Shown here one piece after another: positions 17,654 through 25,234 of a stretch of 41,797 nucleotides of DNA (within the stretch, counting starts at the first letter, position 1; each line of letters opens with the position of its first letter). Below the pieces are notes generated by a model. It was not told where the DNA came from, ran no database searches, and was given only the letters and a program-made list of their open reading frames with translations. This DNA comes from Candidatus Pacearchaeota archaeon (GTDB taxonomy: Archaea; Nanobdellota; Nanobdellia; Pacearchaeales; GW2011-AR1), in contig JAGVWY010000001.1 in the NCBI GenBank assembly GCA_018304055.1, forward strand, positions 1-41,797, given 5' to 3'. A program made the position numbers and the translations under genes.

Positions 17654-17776
17654 TTTGATTTATTAGGAAACCAATTTACCATCAAATATAAATCGGTTTA
17701 CTATACATAAAAAAATCATTTGACTTCAACCACAACAAACCTTATATTGTTCTCATTACTTCTTTTTCTATAAAAA

Positions 17777-18886
17777 ATGGGTAATAATTTTTTAGAGAGA
17801 CATTCTGCAAAGATACAAGCTTCTTTGTCTATACTAGTGAAACTTGCACTTATAGCTTCTATAGCATATTTTTTATATTTTCATTCATGGAGAATTTTGT
17901 TTGTTAATCTTTTATTATTAGTTCTGGTTTTTCTTCCTTATTTATCCAGGAAAATAAACATAGAAATCCCAAGAGAAATAGAATTCATATTACTGATATT
18001 CGTTATTATTTCATTTTTTTTAGGCGATTTAAGAGGATTGGTTGTACAGGTATTTTTTGGCTTATCACTTGGATTTGTCGGATTCGCGTTAATAACCATC
18101 TTGTATAAAAACAGTAAATTAAAACCTAATTATCCTTTGATAATGTTTTTTTCTTTGTCTATTTCATTGGCATTAGGAGCGCTTTCAGAATTGGCTAAAT
18201 TTTATCTGAGATGGTATCTTTCTATACCCTTAGATATTTCAGATTATCAATTTGCAATGGAATCTTTGACTTTAGTTTTTATTGGAGCATTGCTCGCAAT
18301 TTCTGCTGGTTTTTTTTATGTGACTGGTAATAAAATAATTTTCCTGAATAAGTTAGTTGAAAGATTCAAGCATAGAAATCCTAATTTATTCATAGAAAAA
18401 ACTGATTCTCCAGACGAAATAGTAAAGTTAATTAAAAGGGGAGAGAGTGAAAAAATTGAGTTTAAATCAACGCTAAGAACAAATATCCATACTGGCCAGC
18501 ATGATAAAAATATGGAGCATACTATTCTTAAAACAATATCAGCATTTCTGAATTCAGAAGGAGGAACTTTATTGATAGGAGTTTCAGACAAGGGAGAGAT
18601 ACATGGAATTGAAAAAGACCAATTTCCCTCAAATGACAAGTTTAATTTGCAATTTACGAATTTAATCAAAGAATATATTGGCAATGAGAACCTTCCTTAT
18701 TTACATTTTGAATTAATCCTAGTAGAAGGAAGTTACATTATGAAAGTAGACTGCATGAAATGCAAAAAGCCGGTATTTTTAAGATTTAATAAGATAGAGG
18801 AATTTTATGTGAGGGTTGGGGCATCTACTGTTCAATTACAGGGAAGCAAGTTAGTTGATTACATAAATAACAATTTTGGGAAATAA
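17777..18886 (+). CDS. polytopic membrane protein fused to a C-terminal AlbA_2/Schlafen-type putative DNA-binding domain
   Basis: About 6 hydrophobic helices in the first 190 aa. These are followed by ESEKIEFKSTLRTN...LKTISAFLNSEGGTLLIGVSDKGEIHGI, the characteristic AlbA_2 (divergent AAA_4) core. Confidence 0.7.
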   Translation: MGNNFLERHSAKIQASLSILVKLALIASIAYFLYFHSWRILFVNLLLLVLVFLPYLSRKINIEIPREIEFILLIFVIISFFLGDLRGLVVQVFFGLSLGFVGFALITILYKNSKLKPNYPLIMFFSLSISLALGALSELAKFYLRWYLSIPLDISDYQFAMESLTLVFIGALLAISAGFFYVTGNKIIFLNKLVERFKHRNPNLFIEKTDSPDEIVKLIKRGESEKIEFKSTLRTNIHTGQHDKNMEHTILKTISAFLNSEGGTLLIGVSDKGEIHGIEKDQFPSNDKFNLQFTNLIKEYIGNENLPYLHFELILVEGSYIMKVDCMKCKKPVFLRFNKIEEFYVRVGASTVQLQGSKLVDYINNNFGK

Positions 18887-18934
18887 TTGTTCTGTTTACT
18901 TTAAATTTAAATACATAGATAATTAAATAAGTTA

Positions 18935-20239
18935 ATGAAATCAGAGAGTTTACTCTCAAGAAGAGAATTTCTTTATAGAACAGGAAATAGTTTGTCTTTT
19001 TCTTTTTTTTACCCTTGTATAAAACCATTCTCATATAACCCAAGAAATGCAGAAGAATGGTTAGAAAGATGGATGAAAGAAAATGAATTTGATAATTTAG
19101 AAAGGAGGATATCAGAATCTGTTGAGTTAATGGAGGATAATAGTTATAGAATAAGAAACAAAGCTTTTTTAGATGTTTTAGCTCCTCTAAAAGAATTATC
19201 AAGATTTTATAATCCTCTGCCTGTAGAAGTTATGGAAACGTTAAATAAATTATCTTCTGAAACAAAAAATTTTTCTATTGAACAACAAATGAGGATAAGA
19301 GAGATGCATAAAGTTTTAGAAGAGATTCAAAGGAATTCTTCAACAAACTATCCTCCTGTCTCAAATAATGCTTATAGTATTATTTTAGATTTAAATGAAA
19401 ATTTTTGCACAAATTTCAGAGTAGACAACGAAATAGAGCATAGATTATGGTTAGAAACTATAAATCTAAATGGAAGAAATAGTCTAACATCACTAATAAA
19501 AGAGATATGCGATAAAACCAGCACTAAAATAATTACAGATAGTTATAATAGAGATTGTTTCCATATTGTAGAAAGAGGAAATGAAAGATTAATCGCATAT
19601 GATAAAATTCTTGTTACTGTTAATGATAACAAAGTTGAGCTTTTACTTGACCCTCATTGTGGAAGATTTCTAAGCGTTGAGAAAGCTTACAAAAACTCTC
19701 AAGTAAATGAAGACATTGAAATTTTTATTCCTGAACTTCTTCCTGATTGGGAGTTTATTGGCTCAGAGATTTATAAAAAATGTCCAGATTCTAAAACAGC
19801 TGTATACAGGGATAGAGATATTGAAACGCATCAGATAAAAATTGAATTGATTACGGCAGTTTATCCCTTTACATCCAGACTTGTTTTTGATAATGAACAA
19901 GATTTAGGATTTCAAAAAAGATTAACAGCGCATAAAGAAGAAAATGATGATGGAACTTATAGTGTTGAAATAAGTTCAACCCCCTTTCCAGAATCATTTT
20001 GGGAAATAAGAAGAAATAGAGAATTTATGTATACGAGAGCAGCAGCTGATGCCTCTAGTTTTAGATTCTATGACAAAAAATCAAGAAAATTAAAAAGTGA
20101 TAGGATAAAAACAACTATTGTAAGAAGAGATATTAACTGGTTAATAGAATGTGAGGATGAACCAGAATATGTTGAAGTTAAAACTTATGATGATATAATA
20201 AGATGTGAACTCTTTTTAGACAGAAGAGAAATATTTTAA
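18935..20239 (+). CDS. hypothetical protein
   Basis: Track ORF, 434 aa, 48 nt after the previous gene. N-terminal LSRREFLY resembles a twin-arginine motif, but the h-region is weak. Confidence 0.6.
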   Translation: MKSESLLSRREFLYRTGNSLSFSFFYPCIKPFSYNPRNAEEWLERWMKENEFDNLERRISESVELMEDNSYRIRNKAFLDVLAPLKELSRFYNPLPVEVMETLNKLSSETKNFSIEQQMRIREMHKVLEEIQRNSSTNYPPVSNNAYSIILDLNENFCTNFRVDNEIEHRLWLETINLNGRNSLTSLIKEICDKTSTKIITDSYNRDCFHIVERGNERLIAYDKILVTVNDNKVELLLDPHCGRFLSVEKAYKNSQVNEDIEIFIPELLPDWEFIGSEIYKKCPDSKTAVYRDRDIETHQIKIELITAVYPFTSRLVFDNEQDLGFQKRLTAHKEENDDGTYSVEISSTPFPESFWEIRRNREFMYTRAAADASSFRFYDKKSRKLKSDRIKTTIVRRDINWLIECEDEPEYVEVKTYDDIIRCELFLDRREIF

Positions 20240-20262
20240 ATGAATAAAAAATTAAGATAGAT

Positions 20263-20661
20263 ATGAAGATAACAATAAAAACAAAGGGGAATAATGATAT
20301 TCTAAATATTACTAACAAAATTAACGAGATTATTGAAAAATCAAATAAAAAAGAAGGCATAGTTCATTTATTTGTTATAGGCTCTACAGCAGGTTTAACA
20401 ACTATAGAGTACGAGCCCAACTTAGTAAAGGATTTCCAAGATTTTTTAAATGAACTAATCCCAGCTAATAAAAATTATAAGCATAACAAAACATGGAATG
20501 ATAACAATGGCCATTCTCATATCCGAGCTTCTTTATTAAAACCAGATTTAACAATTCCATTTGAAAATAGTAGATTATTAATAGGAGAATGGCAACAAAT
20601 TGTTTTAATTGATTTTGATACAAGACCAAGAGAAAGAGAAATTATTATTAGTATTTTTTGA
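20263..20661 (+). CDS. YjbQ/UPF0047 family protein (secondary thiamine-phosphate synthase-like)
   Basis: HLFVIGSTAGLTTIEYEP, NGHSHIRASLLKPDLTIPFENSRLLIGEWQQIVLIDFDTRPRER. Typical family pattern and size (about 130 aa). Confidence 0.8.
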   Translation: MKITIKTKGNNDILNITNKINEIIEKSNKKEGIVHLFVIGSTAGLTTIEYEPNLVKDFQDFLNELIPANKNYKHNKTWNDNNGHSHIRASLLKPDLTIPFENSRLLIGEWQQIVLIDFDTRPREREIIISIF

Positions 20662-20801
20662 TGATATGCCATAAAAATGTTTTAGTTAGTTTTGATAATA
20701 ACAAGTTTTAAATGTTAATTAAGTTATAATTTATAAAGGAATCTCTGAAGATTTATAGAACTAATAAAGGTATCTGCAATATATGTGGAAAAAAAGCTTG
20801 T

Positions 20802-21047
20802 ATGGTTATGGAATCACTGGATACAAACAAAAAATTATTTCTTTGCGCACAACATTATGTTGACGAAGAAGGAGAATGTGAAATTGAGAATGACCTAAAA
20901 GTTATTAATAAATGGGAAGATTATAAACGATGGCATCCTGAAATAGCACGAGAAATTACGAAGAAGTTTCCGACAATAGCAAATAGATATGGAAAAATCC
21001 TAAGAAAAATTATTCAAGTTCAAGAAAAAAGACCAAAGCATCATTGA
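20802..21047 (+). CDS. hypothetical protein
   Basis: Track ORF. The frame stays open upstream to 20730 and there encodes CNICGKKAC, but with no ATG/GTG/TTG start. Confidence 0.45.
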   Translation: MVMESLDTNKKLFLCAQHYVDEEGECEIENDLKVINKWEDYKRWHPEIAREITKKFPTIANRYGKILRKIIQVQEKRPKHH

Positions 21048-21062
21048 CAAATTGATGGACAT

Positions 21063-21740
21063 TTAAAGATTTATTTCAATAACCCCATATTTCCTCAACT
21101 CCTTTCCTAATTGTTTATTATTCTCAAACAAAATTGTTTTTATTCCTAATTTTCTTGCTGGTTCCAAATTGTAATCTCTGTTATCAATAAATAATATTTC
21201 ATCAGCCTTAACATTTTTATCTAAAAGATGAATTTTTTTCATCAATAATTTGTAAATTTCAGGATGCGGCTTTCTGACTCTAACTTCATATGATATAATG
21301 ACAAAATCAAAATTTTTATTTTCTTTTTTCGGAAAAATAGCTTCCCTTGATAAAGGCCATTGGTCAGATAATACCCCTATAACATAATTTTTTCTAATTT
21401 TTTTTACTAACTGAAATAAATAAAGATTTTTTTTCATTTTATATCTATAACAATCAATTATAGTTCTCACTAATCTTTTTTTATTTATTTTTAGTCTTTT
21501 GCTAACAGTATCTATGAATTTTTCTCGTGATATTTCTCCAATAATTGACTTAACATAAAGGCTGTCAATTGCATCAAACCATTCATCAAATTTTATGCCA
21601 AGTTTATGTGCGATGTGTTCATGAATTCCTGAAAATTCTTTCCCATCTTTTTTGATATAATATCGAGGAATCATTAAAACTCCTCCTACATCAAAGACAA
21701 TAACTTTAATTTCTGATTTCTTATTTTCCTCTTTTTTCAT
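21063..21740 (-). CDS. HAD superfamily hydrolase (subfamily IA-like)
   Basis: Motif I variant VIVFDVGGVL, motif II GVLSD, C-terminal LFIDNRDYNLEPARKLG. Confidence 0.8.
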   Translation of the reverse strand: MKKEENKKSEIKVIVFDVGGVLMIPRYYIKKDGKEFSGIHEHIAHKLGIKFDEWFDAIDSLYVKSIIGEISREKFIDTVSKRLKINKKRLVRTIIDCYRYKMKKNLYLFQLVKKIRKNYVIGVLSDQWPLSREAIFPKKENKNFDFVIISYEVRVRKPHPEIYKLLMKKIHLLDKNVKADEILFIDNRDYNLEPARKLGIKTILFENNKQLGKELRKYGVIEINL

Positions 21741-21741
21741 T

Positions 21742-22560
21742 TTACAAAATCAATTTTCCATGCTGCCAATCTCTCACTATAGCTATGTTTGTTCTGTTTT
21801 CATCTGGCATTCCTCCCTTAATAAGGTAACCTCTTCTTTTAGCTATCTGTAATGTTATTGACTCAAAATCTTCTTTAATAATTTTTATATCGTAAAAACT
21901 CTCAAAACTTTTTTTATTATATTTCATAAATAATTTTATTAAAGAATCTGCTACAACCTCTGGATTTTTTAATTTATCAGAATCTCTCGCTCCAATTAAA
22001 GCATATTTTAATTCATCATCTTTTTTGAGAGGAATAACTCCAGGGGAATCTATTAATTTTATTTCTTCTGTTGCCTTAATCCACTGAATGCCATGCGTTG
22101 TTCCTGCCTTTTTGCTTACTTTGGTTTTAGTTTTGTGAGTCAGGGCATTAATAACAGAAGACTTCCCAATATTAGGATAACCTAAAACACCAACCACAAT
22201 ATCTGCTTTTGCCTCTCTATAAAGAGGTTTTTGATTAGAAATTTCCTCAACATGTTTTTTTCCATATTTCCTGAATACTTTTTTTATAGTATACAAAAGG
22301 ATTTTTACAGATCTCTTATTTTTAGTTGATATAAATACTAATGGACTATCTTCCCTTAATTTCATTAACTGCCTCTTTAAATTTTTTCTTGAAATTAAAT
22401 CACTTTTATTAACAACAAAAATCAATGGCCTTCCTATTTCTTTAACAATAGTTTCTACTTCTTCATTTCGTGACAATTCAACAAATCTGGCATCTAAAAT
22501 TTCTAATACAATATCAGACTCTCTTACAATTCTTTTTATCAATTCCCAATATTGTTCCAT
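21742..22560 (-). CDS. circularly permuted ribosome-biogenesis GTPase (YlqF/RbgA-MJ1464 type)
   Basis: G4 (VVNKSDL) precedes G1 (GYPNIGKSSVIN) and G3 (DSPG), with DARFVELSRN at the N-terminus. Start taken at ATG 22560 (MEQYWELIKR). Confidence 0.85.
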   Translation of the reverse strand: MEQYWELIKRIVRESDIVLEILDARFVELSRNEEVETIVKEIGRPLIFVVNKSDLISRKNLKRQLMKLREDSPLVFISTKNKRSVKILLYTIKKVFRKYGKKHVEEISNQKPLYREAKADIVVGVLGYPNIGKSSVINALTHKTKTKVSKKAGTTHGIQWIKATEEIKLIDSPGVIPLKKDDELKYALIGARDSDKLKNPEVVADSLIKLFMKYNKKSFESFYDIKIIKEDFESITLQIAKRRGYLIKGGMPDENRTNIAIVRDWQHGKLIL

Positions 22561-22654
22561 AATAAAAAAAGAAATAGAAGCTTTTAAGACTTTGCTTACT
22601 TTGCTTAAAGGCAATCAATATTTATTGTACAAGTTAGGTTTTAAAGTTAACTTA

Positions 22655-22831
22655 CTACCCCTCTTTAATATGTTTTATAGACTCTTTTTTTCTATAGCCG
22701 CATTTATTACAACTGTCAAAATAATAAAATCCATCTATGAATTCCACAACTACATCTAAACTACCGCATCTAGGACAAAATGTTTCAATCTGGTAATTGT
22801 ATTCTGTATCGCTAAAGATTATATTTAGCAT
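22655..22831 (-). CDS. small zinc-ribbon protein (58 aa, not in the ORF track)
   Basis: Own translation: MLNIIFSDTEYNYQIETFCPRCGSLDVVVEFIDGFYYFDSCNKCGYRKKESIKHIKEG. Two CxxCG knuckles, and a strong SD (ggaggt) 5 nt upstream of the ATG. Confidence 0.5.
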   Translation of the reverse strand: MLNIIFSDTEYNYQIETFCPRCGSLDVVVEFIDGFYYFDSCNKCGYRKKESIKHIKEG

Positions 22832-23055
22832 ATTTACCTCCTTTTTTATAAGGTAAAGCTTATTAATATAATTTTTGGTTTTCTCTGAATTGAAAAATAC
22901 TTTTTAAATAGCTGGCTTTTATCCAGATATTCTTTGCTCAATTGTTTCCTCATGCTCAACAATTTAGCTTAATTTTTGTTTAATAATTAATAATAAATAA
23001 ACGATAAAGCTCGCAAGAAAAGCTTTTCTATTACTACTAAATGAAAAAAATATAT

Positions 23056-23334
23056 TTATCTTCTTTGTTTTTTCCTGCTTTTTCTCTCATTAAATTTCAT
23101 CTCAGAAAAAATATAAATATAAAGTATCTCTAAAATCCCAATAGTATTTGTTATTAAAAAAACTATAAACCATACAAGATGATTTTTTTTAGCTGATTTC
23201 CATAAAGCTATTCCTTTCCAGATAATTGACCAGATTGCTACAATAGCTAGAATAATTATTGCAAGCGTTAATGATATTCCCAAAGTATCAGCTAAAGGTT
23301 GAGCAAATATTTTATAAAGTTCATGGCTTGTCAT
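23056..23334 (-). CDS. small membrane protein (2-3 TM)
   Basis: Hydrophobic helices with WKGIALWKSAKKNHLVWFIVFLITNTIGILEILYIYIF and a basic C-terminal tail. Confidence 0.55.
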   Translation of the reverse strand: MTSHELYKIFAQPLADTLGISLTLAIIILAIVAIWSIIWKGIALWKSAKKNHLVWFIVFLITNTIGILEILYIYIFSEMKFNERKSRKKQRR

Positions 23335-23380
23335 ATATTGTAAAAGATTTTATGACTTTTAAAACTTTAGATATTTAAAA

Positions 23381-24229
23381 TTACAATCTGAAAACTCTTT
23401 TTGCATTATTATACATAATATTTTCAATATCAAGTTCAGAAAGGTTCATCTCTGTTTTTAATTCATCCAAAATCCCTCTCTGTTGCTTTAAGATATGCTC
23501 TCTATATCCATGAGGAAAAATCCTTGTATCTGTTCCAAAAATAATGCCCTCAGAAGAAAATATTTCAATTGATTTTTTGAAAACATCTTTTAACGTGAGA
23601 AAAGAATCCTGATAATCAGTCCAGTTGTTTGTTCCCGAAGTGTCTACATACAAATTATCTTGCTTGTACTTGAGCATTAATGTTTCCCGGAAAAAGCCAG
23701 CTCCAAAATGAGCTATAATAAAATTAACATCGGGAAATTCTTTTAGCGGGCTGGATAGTCTCAAGGGATTTCCCTCAAATAAGTTTGATTTATGACCAAT
23801 TGTAACGCCGAAGTGGATTATTATCGGTAGTTTTTTTCTGGCGCAAAATTCATAAACAGGATAACACTCTTTTGCTCCAACATCACAACCATCTCCTGTT
23901 GCATATATTTTAACACCCCTCATTCCATTTTCATATTCTTTTTCTAAATGTAAAACTGCATCAGATTCTTCGGGATTAACTTTTGCACATCCAATAAACC
24001 GTTCACTTGTATTAATAAAATCAGTAAATTCCTTGTTAAGAGAAGAATTTGCCATGAATACTGTTTTTTCTATGTTCCATTTATCCATTGCTTCTATCCA
24101 AGTTTCTTTGTGTTTATCTATTGAATTGTCTGTCCATTCATGCTGCAGTCGTTTTTTTGTGTTTTCATCAACAGACAAGGCTTTCATTATAGAAGCAGTT
24201 ATCATGTGTGCATGTCCGTCTATTATCAT
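23381..24229 (-). CDS. amidohydrolase-2 type TIM-barrel metal-dependent hydrolase
   Basis: N-terminal MIIDGHAHM (HxH metal site), later IIIHFG, IIAHFGAGF and FGTDT. Confidence 0.75.
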   Translation of the reverse strand: MIIDGHAHMITASIMKALSVDENTKKRLQHEWTDNSIDKHKETWIEAMDKWNIEKTVFMANSSLNKEFTDFINTSERFIGCAKVNPEESDAVLHLEKEYENGMRGVKIYATGDGCDVGAKECYPVYEFCARKKLPIIIHFGVTIGHKSNLFEGNPLRLSSPLKEFPDVNFIIAHFGAGFFRETLMLKYKQDNLYVDTSGTNNWTDYQDSFLTLKDVFKKSIEIFSSEGIIFGTDTRIFPHGYREHILKQQRGILDELKTEMNLSELDIENIMYNNAKRVFRL

Positions 24230-24384
24230 TTTCCTGTTGAAAATAATTTTATTTCTCCTGGTTGCAGTTCATATGTTTCTAGTGAATAAATATCAAAAGA
24301 AGCCGCATGATCGCTTCCATAATGAGGAATCTTTGCATCACCATGCAATTTTTTTATTTTTACTTGCACTTTTTCTATTGGCAT
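24226..24384 (-). pseudogene. dut: dUTPase N-terminal fragment (52 codons), truncated
   Basis: Own translation: MPIEKVQVKIKKLHGDAKIPHYGSDHAASFDIYSLETYELQPGEIKLFSTGK, then TGA. This matches the first two trimeric dUTPase motifs (..AAG.DL.. and PGE..L..TG). The remaining ~100 aa are absent, and the stop overlaps the amidohydrolase ATG (ATGA). Confidence 0.55.
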
Positions 24385-24535
24385 AAGGTAAGATGCATGC
24401 GGAATATTTAAAGATTATTATCAAAAAGTCCTTATGTGTTACTGCGAACTGAAGTCCGCAGTTTCAAACAAAAATATTTTCTGAAAATACACATATTGTA
24501 TCAAAAAAATATTTTTTGAATGAAACTTAATTATC

Positions 24536-24551
24536 ATACAGCATATTGTAT
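24536..24551. promoter_or_regulatory. NrdR box (imperfect)
   Basis: atacagcatattgtat, i.e. ataca-N6-tgtat, close to the published 16-bp NrdR palindrome acaCwAtATaTwGtgt. A further 15-bp variant (atacacatattgtat) lies at 24487-24501. Confidence 0.55.
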
Positions 24552-24623
24552 GGAAATATTTATATAGTTGTGTTAATTAAAAAAAGAGTAAATACAATAA
24601 GTTGGGTTTTTGACCATAACTAT

Positions 24624-24639
24624 ATACAATATATTGTAT
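24624..24639. promoter_or_regulatory. NrdR box (perfect 16-bp palindrome)
   Basis: atacaatatattgtat is its own reverse complement and fits the NrdR-box consensus. It lies 53 nt upstream of the nrdR ATG. A half-site (atacaata) is centred 32 bp upstream. Confidence 0.7.
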
Positions 24640-24691
24640 TTCCATTAAAATCATAAAGAAGAGGTGAAATTGCTTTTCGTTTCTTATCATA

Positions 24692-25123
24692 ATGAAATGT
24701 ATTTATTGTGGAGCTCAAACACGAGTAACTGACAAAAGAGAGTCTCCTAAAGGTGTAAGGAGAAGGAGAGAATGTCTAAAGTGCAAGAAAAGATTTACAA
24801 GTTATGAAAAACCAGAGAAAAAAGATATAGTAGTAGTAAAAAAAGATGGGAGAAGAGAAAGCTTTTCAATAGATAAATTGAAAAGTGGTATAATGAAAGC
24901 GTGTGAAAAACGGCCAATATCAATAAAAGAAATTGACCTTGCTGTGGAAGACATTGAAGAAAAATTATTAAATAAAGGTAAGGAAGTAAAAAGCGAAAAA
25001 ATAGGAAAAATGGTGATGAATAAATTAAAGAAAATGGACAAAGTAGCTTACATAAGATTTGCTTCAGTTTACATGGATTTTAAAGATGTGAAAGATTTCA
25101 AACTTGCAATAAAACAGGTTTAA
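24692..25123 (+). CDS. nrdR: transcriptional repressor NrdR
   Basis: N-terminal zinc ribbon MKCIYCGAQTRVTDKRES...RRRRECLKCKKRFTSYE, then an ATP-cone (VVKKDGRRESFSIDKLKSGI...YIRFASVY). Confidence 0.9.
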   Translation: MKCIYCGAQTRVTDKRESPKGVRRRRECLKCKKRFTSYEKPEKKDIVVVKKDGRRESFSIDKLKSGIMKACEKRPISIKEIDLAVEDIEEKLLNKGKEVKSEKIGKMVMNKLKKMDKVAYIRFASVYMDFKDVKDFKLAIKQV

Positions 25124-25234
25124 AGGGAAAGAGGAAAAGTAAAGAGTAAAAAAGCAGAAAAGAATACGGAAAAAGTGGAAAAGCTGAAAAATAGAAAAGA
25201 TTAACAAAAAATAAAATGAGTGAAAAGAGGAAAA

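Noticed and set aside
18935-19040. Twin-arginine (Tat) signal peptide on the 434-aa unknown (LSRREFLY).
   Set aside because: The motif is present, but the following h-region (TGNSLSFSFFYPCIKPF) is only weakly hydrophobic and no tat genes are visible. It is noted but not called.
20730-20801. In-frame upstream extension of ORF 20802..21047 encoding a CxxC motif (CNICGKKAC), which would make a zinc-ribbon protein.
   Set aside because: No ATG, GTG or TTG start codon exists in the open upstream frame, so the extension cannot be supported from sequence alone.
24226-24228. TGA at the end of the dUTPase fragment as a recoded (sense) codon.
   Set aside because: TGA terminates several well-defined genes here (groES, abiEi, abiEii). 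The downstream sequence in that frame is not dUTPase-like, and it encodes a complete amidohydrolase N-terminus in another frame.
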